From Anaerolineaceae bacterium (GTDB lineage: Bacteria > Chloroflexota > Anaerolineae > Anaerolineales > Anaerolineaceae): a DNA stretch of 64,000 nt. The stretch spans positions 1,947 to 65,946 of the forward strand of contig JAFPZX010000045.1 of assembly GCA_017417055.1 (NCBI GenBank), in the 5' to 3' direction. Numbering within the stretch: position 1 is the first letter of the stretch; the number at the start of each line of letters is the position of its first letter. Shown here piece after piece: positions 9,201 to 16,560 of this stretch. The position numbers and the translations under genes were made by a program. The notes beneath the pieces are model-generated. The model worked only from the letters and a program-made list of their open reading frames with translations, made no database searches and was not told the origin of the DNA.

Positions 9201-10075
9201 TCGACTTCCTGATTTTCAGTCTTTTTACTTTCATCCACCAGCTTGCAGATGAAAAGCGCTGTCAATCGGTTAAAAGCATTTTCTTTATCGGATACATTGT
9301 TGTGACGAAGAATTTCCTCAAATCTGTTAACAACTTTGTCATTTTCGGAAAAATCTTTCAGGTCTCTTTTTCGCAGCGGCAGGACCCCAATCTGATAAGG
9401 TTTGGTATCCACGTGGAAGATGACGTCATTCTGAAATTTCTTATTGTATGTATTGACCCAGGTTTCGTGCAGTTCATTGACTGTATGAGAATTTTCAAAC
9501 AGTTTGATGTCTTTATCTTTCTTTTGAGCATCTATGATATTTTTATCATCCCGGCAGTCGATACATTCACATTGATATACGATTCCCCCATTCTGAAAAT
9601 CGGAAGCATAGAGCGCCAGCCATTTTGCACTTTTTTCCTGCTGCCAATAGGAAAAAAGCTGACCGCCGTCGGAAATCGTATTTTTCTTTTCCTTCTCGTA
9701 CTCTTTCCCGAAGGTTTTGCACTCGATGATGAAAAGCATGGAGCCGTCAATATCTTCCACACAGATATCCGCACGTCCGCCTTTCGCGTCATGTCCGAGA
9801 TTCCATTGTTTTTCAAGTGTGATATGTTCAGGACGGTATCCTTTGGAGAGCAGACGATCGACACATTCAAAGACAACCAGGTTTTCTTTTAGTGAATCAT
9901 TATACGTATCATTACGGTCATGGTTTCCGATTTTTTCCGGGAAATATAACTTTTGTTTGGCGATGTCCACTTTCATTTCAGCATTTACATCATCATATTG
10001 TTTCGTATAAAGATCGCCAATATGCCAAAACCCCATCGATTCAAGAACTTCTCTAAAATTTTCAGGTGTAATCAT
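6278..10075 (-). CDS. Single-chain restriction-modification enzyme (type IIG/IIC-like): endonuclease + N6-adenine MTase + two HsdS-like TRDs
   Basis: RADIC..IIECK nuclease motif, GQFFTP, DYACGAGHFL, ANPPY, then TRD motifs LLSNIRPYLKK and DILFARSGATVGK. Start at 10075 (MITPENF) or 10120. Confidence 0.88.
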   Translation of the reverse strand: MITPENFREVLESMGFWHIGDLYTKQYDDVNAEMKVDIAKQKLYFPEKIGNHDRNDTYNDSLKENLVVFECVDRLLSKGYRPEHITLEKQWNLGHDAKGGRADICVEDIDGSMLFIIECKTFGKEYEKEKKNTISDGGQLFSYWQQEKSAKWLALYASDFQNGGIVYQCECIDCRDDKNIIDAQKKDKDIKLFENSHTVNELHETWVNTYNKKFQNDVIFHVDTKPYQIGVLPLRKRDLKDFSENDKVVNRFEEILRHNNVSDKENAFNRLTALFICKLVDESKKTENQEVEFQYKNGTDSYESLQDRLQKLHQTGMKEFMKEEIFYVSDDYAENLIKQFTGQKRSKMVASLKETIRNLKYFTNNDFAFKDVHNEELFLQNGKILVEVVELFQNYRIIGSHDIQKLGDLFEQLLNKGFKQNEGQFFTPIPITRFIWDCLPLGKVIHRGNDYEYPKIIDYACGAGHFLTEGVEAVNAWMKTHVQGIEESSAWAEHKLFGVEKDYRLARVSKISLFMHGAGDGNIIFGDGLENYAEKDIIPGSFDILVANPPYSVAAFKPHLNLKNNELDIRSKISDNGSEIETLFVERIAQLLKPKGIAAVILPSSILNKENESFIGARESILKNFFIRCIAQFGSKTFGATGTNTVILFLEKFDEPPKRSLMLEDSVDAILNRHNLEDWEDQEIFDGYLNKISVSEEDYLDFLSKTRNYQDWAENDYFALLVNAFTATAEFLNKQKQPSYRRLSSPEQQKWCNKQFYEFALKLERERLFYFALIYNQTTLIITAPDDNKAQENFLGYTWSNRKGQEGIQIKKPGGLLYDDKDRESEETIAAIVRHAFDDDEIGIDGLDDYYYYLPLQDMLDFSDVRFNKGLKIARSHLVIQMYSGSQPTKKLSEIAELFAEKVLFSEINAEEYITTENMLKNKQGIIPYTGPKLQINVNKYSKDDILLSNIRPYLKKIWFSDREGGCSNDVLVIHNKKSKMVLSEYLYYVLQQDMFFDYMMSTAKGLKMPRGDKSKMMDYIIPIPSLEEQRKIIVEFKSIDQQISAIDLEITELSEDVKSKFVEMFGDPQYNPKNWNTEQLRNLSVGGLTYGSGASAVKYNGLIRYIRITDINEKGYLNHDVVSPSIFENQYLLHDGDILFARSGATVGKAFIYKEKYGKSIYAGYLIRCIPDRSKILPDFLYGFLNTDYYYSFILQTNTGSRTTAQPNINANKYGNLSVIVPPLYLQQEFCSYVQAIDKQKSEAQKRKDALIAKRNAAIENYFK

Positions 10076-10299
10076 CTGCGTTTTTCCTGCCTGAGCATCA
10101 AGTTTGAGTCGGTTATGCACCGGGTATTTTCAATTGTATCATTAATCGTGTTGATTCTTTATTCGTTTTCTCTATTGAAAGTGGGGTGTTCAATCTGCTG
10201 TTACAATAGAAATATGATGACATGGAAGAAATCGTTGACGGAGTATATACAGTTATTCAAAACCAGATGGCCTATCATCGGGTTTTGAATAATCAGCTA

Positions 10300-10328
10300 T
10301 TGACGCATATTAAAATTTCGGCTAAAAT
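10300..10328 (+). promoter_or_regulatory. Sigma70-type promoter for the AAA ATPase
   Basis: TTGACG-N17-TAAAAT; GGAGG RBS before ATG 10372. Confidence 0.6.
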
Positions 10329-10371
10329 ATGAATATCTATTAAATTTGCCGAATTTACTGCCGGAGGAACC

Positions 10372-11601
10372 ATGAAATACATTGAACGTCACATGGAAAA
10401 ACTCATCATCGAACTGAGTAAATCATACAGCGCAATTCTGCTGACAGGTCCCCGGCAGGCAGGAAAAACCACATTGCTGCAACAACTTGCGGAAAAGGAG
10501 AACATCCAAAGAAAGTACGTCTCTTTGGACGATTTCAGCAACCGCGAAATTGCAAAGAATGACCCGGCATTGTTTTTACAGCTTCATAAACCGCCCATAC
10601 TGATCGACGAAGTTCAATACGCGCCGGAACTCTTCAGCTATATCAAGATCCACATTGATGAGCACCACAATCCCGGTGATTTCTGGCTGACAGGTTCACA
10701 AATCTACCGTTTGATGCGAGGTGTTCAGGAATCCCTCGCCGGACGTGTCGCGCTGCTGCACCTCTCGCCGCTTTCCCAGCGGGAAATTACCGGAAATCCC
10801 TGTATACCGTTTAGCACAGATTTCAACACCCTATTGACTGAAAGAGACCGCATCAAACCGATTAGCGCACCTGAATTGTATTCCAGATTATGGAACGGCA
10901 GCATGCCCGGTTTGATCAGTGGTCAGTATCCGGATCGGAACATATTTTATTCCTCCTATATATCATCCTACATTGAACGGGATGTCCGCGATATTTCCGG
11001 AACCATAAACGCACTGAAATTCAACCGCTTTGTCACTGCGGCTGCGGCGCGCTGTTCTCAATTGCTCAATTACAATGCACTGGCGGAAGACGCAGAGATC
11101 GATATACCGACAGCCAAGAACTGGATGAATATTCTCGAAACACTGGGTATTATTTTTCTGCTGCATCCTTACTCCAACAATGTCTTGAAGCGCACAATCA
11201 AAACACCCAAGCTGTATTTTTACGATACAGGTCTTGTCTGCTACCTCACAAAATGGTCTTCCCCGGAAACAACAGCAATCGGAGCAATGAATGGTGCCTT
11301 GCTTGAAAATTTCGCAATTTCTGAAATTATGAAAAGCTATCAAAATGCCGGACAGGAACCATACCTTTATTTCTACCGGGATCGGGACGCAAAAGAAATC
11401 GATGCAATACTGGAAAGAGATGGAAAACTCTGTCCATTGGAAATCAAGAAAACATCCTCTCCCGATACACGGCTCACACGGGTTTTCAGAGTTATTGACA
11501 AAAGTCCCCTCGAAAAGGGAACGGGTGCAATACTGTGTCTGGCAAACGAGTTCGGAGCGATTGATCGGAACAACCTGATCGTGCCGATTTGGATGATCTA
11601 A
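10372..11601 (+). CDS. AAA+ ATPase with DUF4143 C-terminal domain
   Basis: Walker A GPRQAGKT, Walker B ILIDEVQ, LAGR, KTPKLYFYDTG, YRDRDAKEID..EIK. Confidence 0.9.
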   Translation: MKYIERHMEKLIIELSKSYSAILLTGPRQAGKTTLLQQLAEKENIQRKYVSLDDFSNREIAKNDPALFLQLHKPPILIDEVQYAPELFSYIKIHIDEHHNPGDFWLTGSQIYRLMRGVQESLAGRVALLHLSPLSQREITGNPCIPFSTDFNTLLTERDRIKPISAPELYSRLWNGSMPGLISGQYPDRNIFYSSYISSYIERDVRDISGTINALKFNRFVTAAAARCSQLLNYNALAEDAEIDIPTAKNWMNILETLGIIFLLHPYSNNVLKRTIKTPKLYFYDTGLVCYLTKWSSPETTAIGAMNGALLENFAISEIMKSYQNAGQEPYLYFYRDRDAKEIDAILERDGKLCPLEIKKTSSPDTRLTRVFRVIDKSPLEKGTGAILCLANEFGAIDRNNLIVPIWMI

Positions 11602-11609
11602 TGAATCAT

Positions 11610-11694
11610 TGATTAATTGAGGTTCGGGGACGGTTCTCCCGAGGAACGAAGGAAACTGTCCTTCTGCCTTCACCGGAATTAATCAGCGTTTCCC
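11610..11694. mobile_element. MITE-like family A copy
   Basis: TGATTAATTGAGGTTCGGGGACGG..CTGTCCTTCTGCCTTCACCGGAATTAATCAGCGTTTCC. Confidence 0.6.
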
Positions 11695-11706
11695 TAAGAA
11701 AAGACA

Positions 11707-11805
11707 TCTATTCAGCATGAAAGACATCAGAGACCGGCACTTGTGCGGCGCATCCTGCATTAGTGTGCCAGTCCCCATGTGAGCCATTCAGTTTCTGAAT
11801 AGATA
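11707..11805. repeat. REP/MITE-like family B copy
   Basis: Ends ATCTATTCAG / CTGAATAGAT are inverted. Core GGCACTTGTGCGGCGCA..GTGCCAGTCCCCATGTG is similar to 6136-6215. Confidence 0.6.
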
Positions 11806-11830
11806 CCACTGGAATTATCGTTCGAGATTT

Positions 11831-12400
11831 TTATCGAACTCTTTTTTTTCGGTCTCTGATTTTTTCAGTCTGCGGAACATGGTCGAGGATGAAACGCAGC
11901 ACAAAGGGCAGATCTTCCCGGGGAACATACACATGGGTCACGCGCAGCGGTTCGTAGAGCAGGATCAGGTCATGTTCCCGGTCAAGCTTCACGTCCTTTA
12001 CCTGTGAAAAATCTGTCTGAATGTAGCTCCGCGGCGCCAGTTCTGTGCCGGGGTGGACAGCGATAAAGGCTTCATTCATCAGGTAAGGGATGTCCGTGCT
12101 TCCGCCTTTTGCCTTTTCAATTCCCTTATAAATCAAAAACGTCAGCAGCTCCACACCCAGAAAAATCAACAGCCAGATCCCCAGATATCCGCCTGTCCCG
12201 GACCAGTGACCGCTGCTGATCTGCCTGCCGTAAATCATAAAAAACAGGATCGCTCCGGGAATGAGAACGATCAACCCGAATATCAACAGATACAGGTTCA
12301 GAAAGGAACGGTTTTTCGTGCTGTCAATGTCATAGGTCCAGCGGTAATTTCCGTCATTGTCGCGCGTGATATAGGTTGTGTTATTATAAGTATTTTCCAT
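11831..12400 (-). CDS. Hypothetical membrane protein (2 TM helices)
   Basis: Two hydrophobic segments (LYLLIFGLIVLIPGAILFFMI; YLGIWLLIFLGVELLTFLI); AGGAG RBS. Confidence 0.75.
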   Translation of the reverse strand: MENTYNNTTYITRDNDGNYRWTYDIDSTKNRSFLNLYLLIFGLIVLIPGAILFFMIYGRQISSGHWSGTGGYLGIWLLIFLGVELLTFLIYKGIEKAKGGSTDIPYLMNEAFIAVHPGTELAPRSYIQTDFSQVKDVKLDREHDLILLYEPLRVTHVYVPREDLPFVLRFILDHVPQTEKIRDRKKRVR

Positions 12401-12435
12401 AATACCGCTCCTGTTTCTTATGGGAATTCCATCTT

Positions 12436-12501
12436 GGGGACTGTCCCTTCATGGGACTGTCCCCATTACTCATGTGAATATTTTGTGTGGGGACAGTCCC
12501 C
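12436..12501. repeat. REP family C (GGGGACTGTCCC) inverted pair
   Basis: GGGGACTGTCCCTTCATGGGACTGTCCCC ... GGGGACAGTCCCC. Confidence 0.7.
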
Positions 12502-12505
12502 GGGT

Positions 12506-13756
12506 TTACTCCAACACAGCAATGGCACCCAGCGACGCGGTCTGCGGTGCGGGGTCAAAGGGCAGCACGGACAAAACGCGGCAGCCAAGGTCCAGCAGGC
12601 GTTTGAGATCACGGGCAAGAATCGCGGGGTCTTCATAAAGGCACAGAATTCGCTTTGGCAGCCGTCCGCTGATCTCGCTCAGATGTGATTCGTGCAGGCC
12701 TGTCGTTTCGCCTTCGATGACCACCCATTCATTCTGCTGAATCGGTATTCCGGGCAAGACTTCATCCACATCCCCGATATACAGGGAAACATTTTCCAGA
12801 TCGTCCAGGTTGTAGACAAAATCCTCGCAGCACCTTTCATCCGGCATCACAGCGCGGACCTCCCGGCAGCGTTCACCGAACCAGCGGGACCAGAAGCCGG
12901 TTCCGCAGTTGATATCAATGAGGGAAACTTCGGATAAATCCGGCAGTTCTTTCAGAAGATTTTCGCACACACTCTTCAAAACATCCGGATTCTTCAAAAA
13001 CGGACTGCTGTCCGAAGCGCAGACCTTCACCCCGGCTGCGGACTGCTGCAGCGTACTGACGCCTGCCATCACCCAAGACGATTCCGGCCCCTGATAGACC
13101 ACCGAAATCTCCGTATCGTTCTCCATTTCCTCTTCCGGTTTGTCGCTCTGTCCACGCAGGATCAACTGAATCCCGTCTGTCTCATCGGCACGGAATTCAA
13201 GTTCATCGATCCCGCTGTCCGGTTCAAAGGTGAAGGAAGCCAGCGCGTCATTGATGCACTCTGCGGTGATCGGGCAGTAGGCTTCCAATTTCAGCAGTCT
13301 GCCGCTCCTGTCAGGTACGCAGAAATTCCCGTCACCGTCGAGGCCAAGGAGCAGAGACCGTGCATAGTTCCATTCGGATGGTGCGCCAAGAATCGGCTGA
13401 ACCAGTGCCCCCGCATTTTTCAGTCCCGCGATGCGGATTAAATGATCGATCAGGATTTCCCGTTTGGCATGCAGCTGGTCAGGATATTCCAGGTTCTGCA
13501 TGCAGCAGAGGGCGCATTTTCCGTACAGCGGGCAGCGCGGTTCGATGCGCATAGGCGATTTTGACAACAGGCGCACGAGCTCCGCGGAGATGTAGCGGGC
13601 TCCTTTGTCTGTATATCGGATGCGTGCCTTTTCGCCGGGCAGGACGCCGTTCACAAACACAACCCGTCCGTCAGCCAGACGACCCAGCGCAGCCCCGCCG
13701 TTTGCCCAGGCGGTGAATTCAATATCTTCTTCTTTATTTATTAGTTTTATTTCCAT
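12506..13756 (-). CDS. TRAM-domain RlmD/RumA-like protein with degenerate methyltransferase motifs
   Basis: TRAM (GRVVFVNGVLPGE), Fe-S Cys motif RCPLYGKCALC and SAM motif DINCGTG are present; the FQ, DPPR, YVSC and FPxTxHxE motifs are lost. Confidence 0.8.
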   Translation of the reverse strand: MEIKLINKEEDIEFTAWANGGAALGRLADGRVVFVNGVLPGEKARIRYTDKGARYISAELVRLLSKSPMRIEPRCPLYGKCALCCMQNLEYPDQLHAKREILIDHLIRIAGLKNAGALVQPILGAPSEWNYARSLLLGLDGDGNFCVPDRSGRLLKLEAYCPITAECINDALASFTFEPDSGIDELEFRADETDGIQLILRGQSDKPEEEMENDTEISVVYQGPESSWVMAGVSTLQQSAAGVKVCASDSSPFLKNPDVLKSVCENLLKELPDLSEVSLIDINCGTGFWSRWFGERCREVRAVMPDERCCEDFVYNLDDLENVSLYIGDVDEVLPGIPIQQNEWVVIEGETTGLHESHLSEISGRLPKRILCLYEDPAILARDLKRLLDLGCRVLSVLPFDPAPQTASLGAIAVLE

Positions 13757-13777
13757 ATAGTTCTCATGAAATTTTAC

Positions 13778-13861
13778 TTATCTATAGATTCTTTTATACG
13801 TATCTGCGTAATTTGTTATAACTGACAAAACTCTTGATTTAAATGATGATTGATTTGTCAT
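13778..13861 (-). pseudogene. 27-codon stub resembling the N-terminus of PBECR4-family nucleases
   Basis: MTNQSSFKSRVLSVITNYADTYKRIYR*. The similarity to PBECR4 N-termini (xQxSFKxRV..YK) is from memory and unverified. Confidence 0.35.
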
Positions 13862-13921
13862 TGATTATCTCTGAAATTCAAAAGAAAAGGGATGAATTTT
13901 CATTACTTTTAATAGAATGGA

Positions 13922-13985
13922 AGCGGGTTTTCAGTCTCCGTTCCGACTACTGGAGCAGGTTTTACGTCTCTGATCCGACGAATCA
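13922..13985 (-). ncRNA. Candidate small RNA made of two 32-nt tandem repeats
   Basis: Plus strand AGCGGGTTTTCAGTCTCCGTTCCGACTACTGG / AGCAGGTTTTACGTCTCTGATCCGACGAATCA (23/32 identical). A GC-rich island directly downstream of a consensus promoter. Confidence 0.5.
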
Positions 13986-14000
13986 AATTATTTAATGTAT

Positions 14001-14029
14001 ATTATACAAAAATAAAGTTAAGAAGTCAA
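14001..14029 (-). promoter_or_regulatory. Near-consensus sigma70 promoter
   Basis: Minus strand TTGACT-N17-TATAAT. Confidence 0.75.
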
Positions 14030-14044
14030 GCCTGAAACCATCTA

Positions 14045-15436
14045 TTAATGCTTGTTTTTAAGCTTTAGAACCATGATCTTACGCGTGTTTGTGCTCAATG
14101 CGCAGCGGTTAGAGACCCGCAGCCCGGGCAGCCAGATGATCCCTTCTTTGTCCTCTGCCACAACAAGACCGCGGCGGTATTGCGCCGGGACTTTGTTATT
14201 GATCAAAAAGTCAGACACTTTCTGACTTTTTCCGCCCATCCCATACGGTTCAAAGCGATCTCCGGGGGTGATGGTGCGGAGTACCGGCGTCCCTGCTGTC
14301 TGCTCCGCATCCAGAACTGCCATTTCCGGATGTGTGCGTGCTTTTTCCATCCATTCCGGCAGATCCTTTTTGGAAATAGTGCGCCATTCACAGTACAGGC
14401 TCCATCCCTGGGAGGATTGCGGATATTTCCATTGTTCCCGGTCCGGATTGGTCAATATCAAAGCCTTTTCCCCTTCACAGCACAGCCAGTACCCATCAAT
14501 GAAGGGGATAACCTGATTATAGCGGGCTGTCATGTAAAATTGGTCGGCGATAAGAATTTTATTATAGTCAACTTTGGCGAGATCCGCACCCATGCGGGAA
14601 AGCAGCCGGCGCAGCATCCGCTGCCTCAATCCCGCCGGATAGGATTGGTAAGTCTTCCGGCTCCATTCATTGCAAGTCTCAAATTGGTAATACGAGGCAT
14701 ATTGGATGGCTTTTTCACATTCCTCATCCAATATCTCTTTATCAGCGGCAGCGGATTTAGCCAGACGGCAAAGCGAATCGACGATCTTCGGATTATATTC
14801 CGCGGCTAATTTCGGGATGAGGTCCAGCCGGATGCGGTTGCGTGTATAATCCGGATCGGAATTACTGCGGTCCTCGCGGAACGGCATCCCGGTTACCGCG
14901 GCGTAAGACTCAATTTCTGCCCGGGTGAGGCCCAGCAGTGGACGGATGAGCGGAATGGTTTGACTGTATTGTTCCAGAAACCCGTAAGGCTGCATACCGC
15001 ACAGACCGTCGATTCCGTTTCCCCGCAGGATGTGCATCAGGACCGTTTCCGCCTGATCGTTGGCATGGTGGGCTGTCGCAGCCGCGGCGCATCCGGCATC
15101 TGCGGCAGTGCGGAACAGAAACTGATAGCGCAGTTCCCGCGCGGCCTCTTCGATCCCGATTCCCTGTTCTGCGGCGTACGTACGCACATCTCCTTTCCCG
15201 CGAATACAGCGGATTCCGCGTTCGGCGCAATATGCTTCCACAAAATCACACTCTTCAGCGGCTTCCGGCCGCAGTCCATGGTCAAAAACCGCCGCTGTGA
15301 CCGGCTGCCCGATTTCATGCAGCATTGTCAGCAGAAAAACGGAGTCGATCCCGCCGGAAACAGCTGCCAGGATCCTGTCCGATTCATGGATGCGGCAGTC
15401 ATTCCGGAGACTGGAATTGAAATAAGAGCGAAACAT
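14045..15436 (-). CDS. tilS: tRNA(Ile)-lysidine synthetase
   Basis: AVSGGIDS, EEAARELRY, AHHANDQAET, IRPLL, DRSN..YTRNRIR, and a C-terminal TilS_C domain (GDRFEP..KVSDFLINNKVP). Confidence 0.95.
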   Translation of the reverse strand: MFRSYFNSSLRNDCRIHESDRILAAVSGGIDSVFLLTMLHEIGQPVTAAVFDHGLRPEAAEECDFVEAYCAERGIRCIRGKGDVRTYAAEQGIGIEEAARELRYQFLFRTAADAGCAAAATAHHANDQAETVLMHILRGNGIDGLCGMQPYGFLEQYSQTIPLIRPLLGLTRAEIESYAAVTGMPFREDRSNSDPDYTRNRIRLDLIPKLAAEYNPKIVDSLCRLAKSAAADKEILDEECEKAIQYASYYQFETCNEWSRKTYQSYPAGLRQRMLRRLLSRMGADLAKVDYNKILIADQFYMTARYNQVIPFIDGYWLCCEGEKALILTNPDREQWKYPQSSQGWSLYCEWRTISKKDLPEWMEKARTHPEMAVLDAEQTAGTPVLRTITPGDRFEPYGMGGKSQKVSDFLINNKVPAQYRRGLVVAEDKEGIIWLPGLRVSNRCALSTNTRKIMVLKLKNKH

Positions 15437-15475
15437 AATTCCAATATAAATGTACTATGCAAAAATGGAGATAAA

Positions 15476-15545
15476 GAAACGCTGAATAATTCCTGCAAAG
15501 GCGGGAGGACAGTTCTGCGCTTCGCGCAAAACCGTCCCCGTTACC
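15476..15545. repeat. Partial MITE-like family A copy (inverted orientation)
   Basis: GAAACGCTGAATAATTCCTGCAAAGGCGGGAGGACAGTTCTGCGCTTCGCGCAAAACCGTCCCC; its reverse complement is similar to 629-690. Confidence 0.6.
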
Positions 15546-15551
15546 ATTTGA

Positions 15552-16403
15552 TTAGTACAAATCCGCAAAGAGGGACTGCGGGCCGACGATGATGCCGGCG
15601 AGTGACGGTCCTGTGTGCGCACCCAGGGCAGGGGCGACCGGAACAGTGGGTTCAAAGCTGCACTTCAGCTCTTCGTCCGCCTTTTTGCGGATGAATTCCA
15701 CGCCTTCCGGGTTGTTCCCGTGTACGATCTGCGCACGGAGGGCACCCATGCCGGCATAGCGGGCCTTGTCGAGGTTGATCATGCGGGTAAGGGCACGTTT
15801 GAAGGTCATGTCCTGCGCGGCATTTGTATACATCCCGGTCGTATGATCCACACCGATGACCGGTTTAATGTTCAGCACAGAAGCAAGCAGGCCCTTCAGG
15901 TGACTCACACGTCCGCCATGGACCAGATATTTCATCTCCTTGATGGAGAACATGCCATCAACTGTATCCCGGATCTGGGTCAGCCGCTCCAGGATCTTGT
16001 CCAGTTTAAATCCTTTCACGACCATACGCGCGGCAGCTTCCACCTGCCAGCCAAGAGCAGCGGAGAGCGTCCTTGAATCCCAGAAGGTCACTTTTGCTTC
16101 CGGAACCATGGAAGCGCCCACACGGGCGGAATTGATCGTCCCGCTCAGTCCTCCGGAAATATGGATTGAAAGGATTTCCGGATCTTTTTTCGCCACATTG
16201 CGGTAAAGTTCGGCGAATTCACCGGCCGCTGCCTGTGATGTCACCGGGTATTCATCTGTCTCAGAAAGTTTTTTGTAGAACTCTTCATTGGTCCCTGTAA
16301 AGGGTTCACCACCCAGACTGAGACGCAGGGTAGTGAAATGGATGGGGAGTCCAGCAAGTTGTGAAGGAGCCAGGTCGGCTGCACTGTCTGTTACAATCTG
16401 CAT
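15552..16403 (-). CDS. DegV family fatty-acid binding protein
   Basis: IVTDSAAD, TSQ, HISGGLSGT, GGRVS, LNIKP, GAHTGP. Confidence 0.93.
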   Translation of the reverse strand: MQIVTDSAADLAPSQLAGLPIHFTTLRLSLGGEPFTGTNEEFYKKLSETDEYPVTSQAAAGEFAELYRNVAKKDPEILSIHISGGLSGTINSARVGASMVPEAKVTFWDSRTLSAALGWQVEAAARMVVKGFKLDKILERLTQIRDTVDGMFSIKEMKYLVHGGRVSHLKGLLASVLNIKPVIGVDHTTGMYTNAAQDMTFKRALTRMINLDKARYAGMGALRAQIVHGNNPEGVEFIRKKADEELKCSFEPTVPVAPALGAHTGPSLAGIIVGPQSLFADLY

Positions 16404-16421
16404 TTCTATCCTCCATTTTAT

Positions 16422-16560
16422 AAATCAGAAATAAGAAATCGGAAATCAGAAATCAGACGTAATACATAAGATGTTAGTCTTTAGAAGGTAATGAACCTTA
16501 ATCATCTTACTTCTTAATACGTCATACGTCATTCTTCTTTCTTACTTCTTCATACGTCAT
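16422..16560. repeat. Heptamer tracts between DegV and gyrA
   Basis: AAATCAG AAATAAG AAATCGG AAATCAG..., then the TACGTCA/CTTACTT tract that begins at the gyrA stop codon on the minus strand. Confidence 0.7.

Noticed and set aside
6278-10075. Idea that the R-M enzyme recognises the GGGAC core of the REPs
   Set aside because: No evidence; two TRDs imply a bipartite site, and specificity cannot be read from sequence by eye
10165-10310. Possible gene fragment (..GVFNLLLQ*KYDDMEEIVDGVYTVIQNQMAY..) between the RM and ATPase genes
   Set aside because: Too short and interrupted to assign by eye
13922-13985. Possible mini-CRISPR array or tRNA
   Set aside because: The repeats are contiguous with no spacer, no cas genes are present, and there is no cloverleaf or TTC loop
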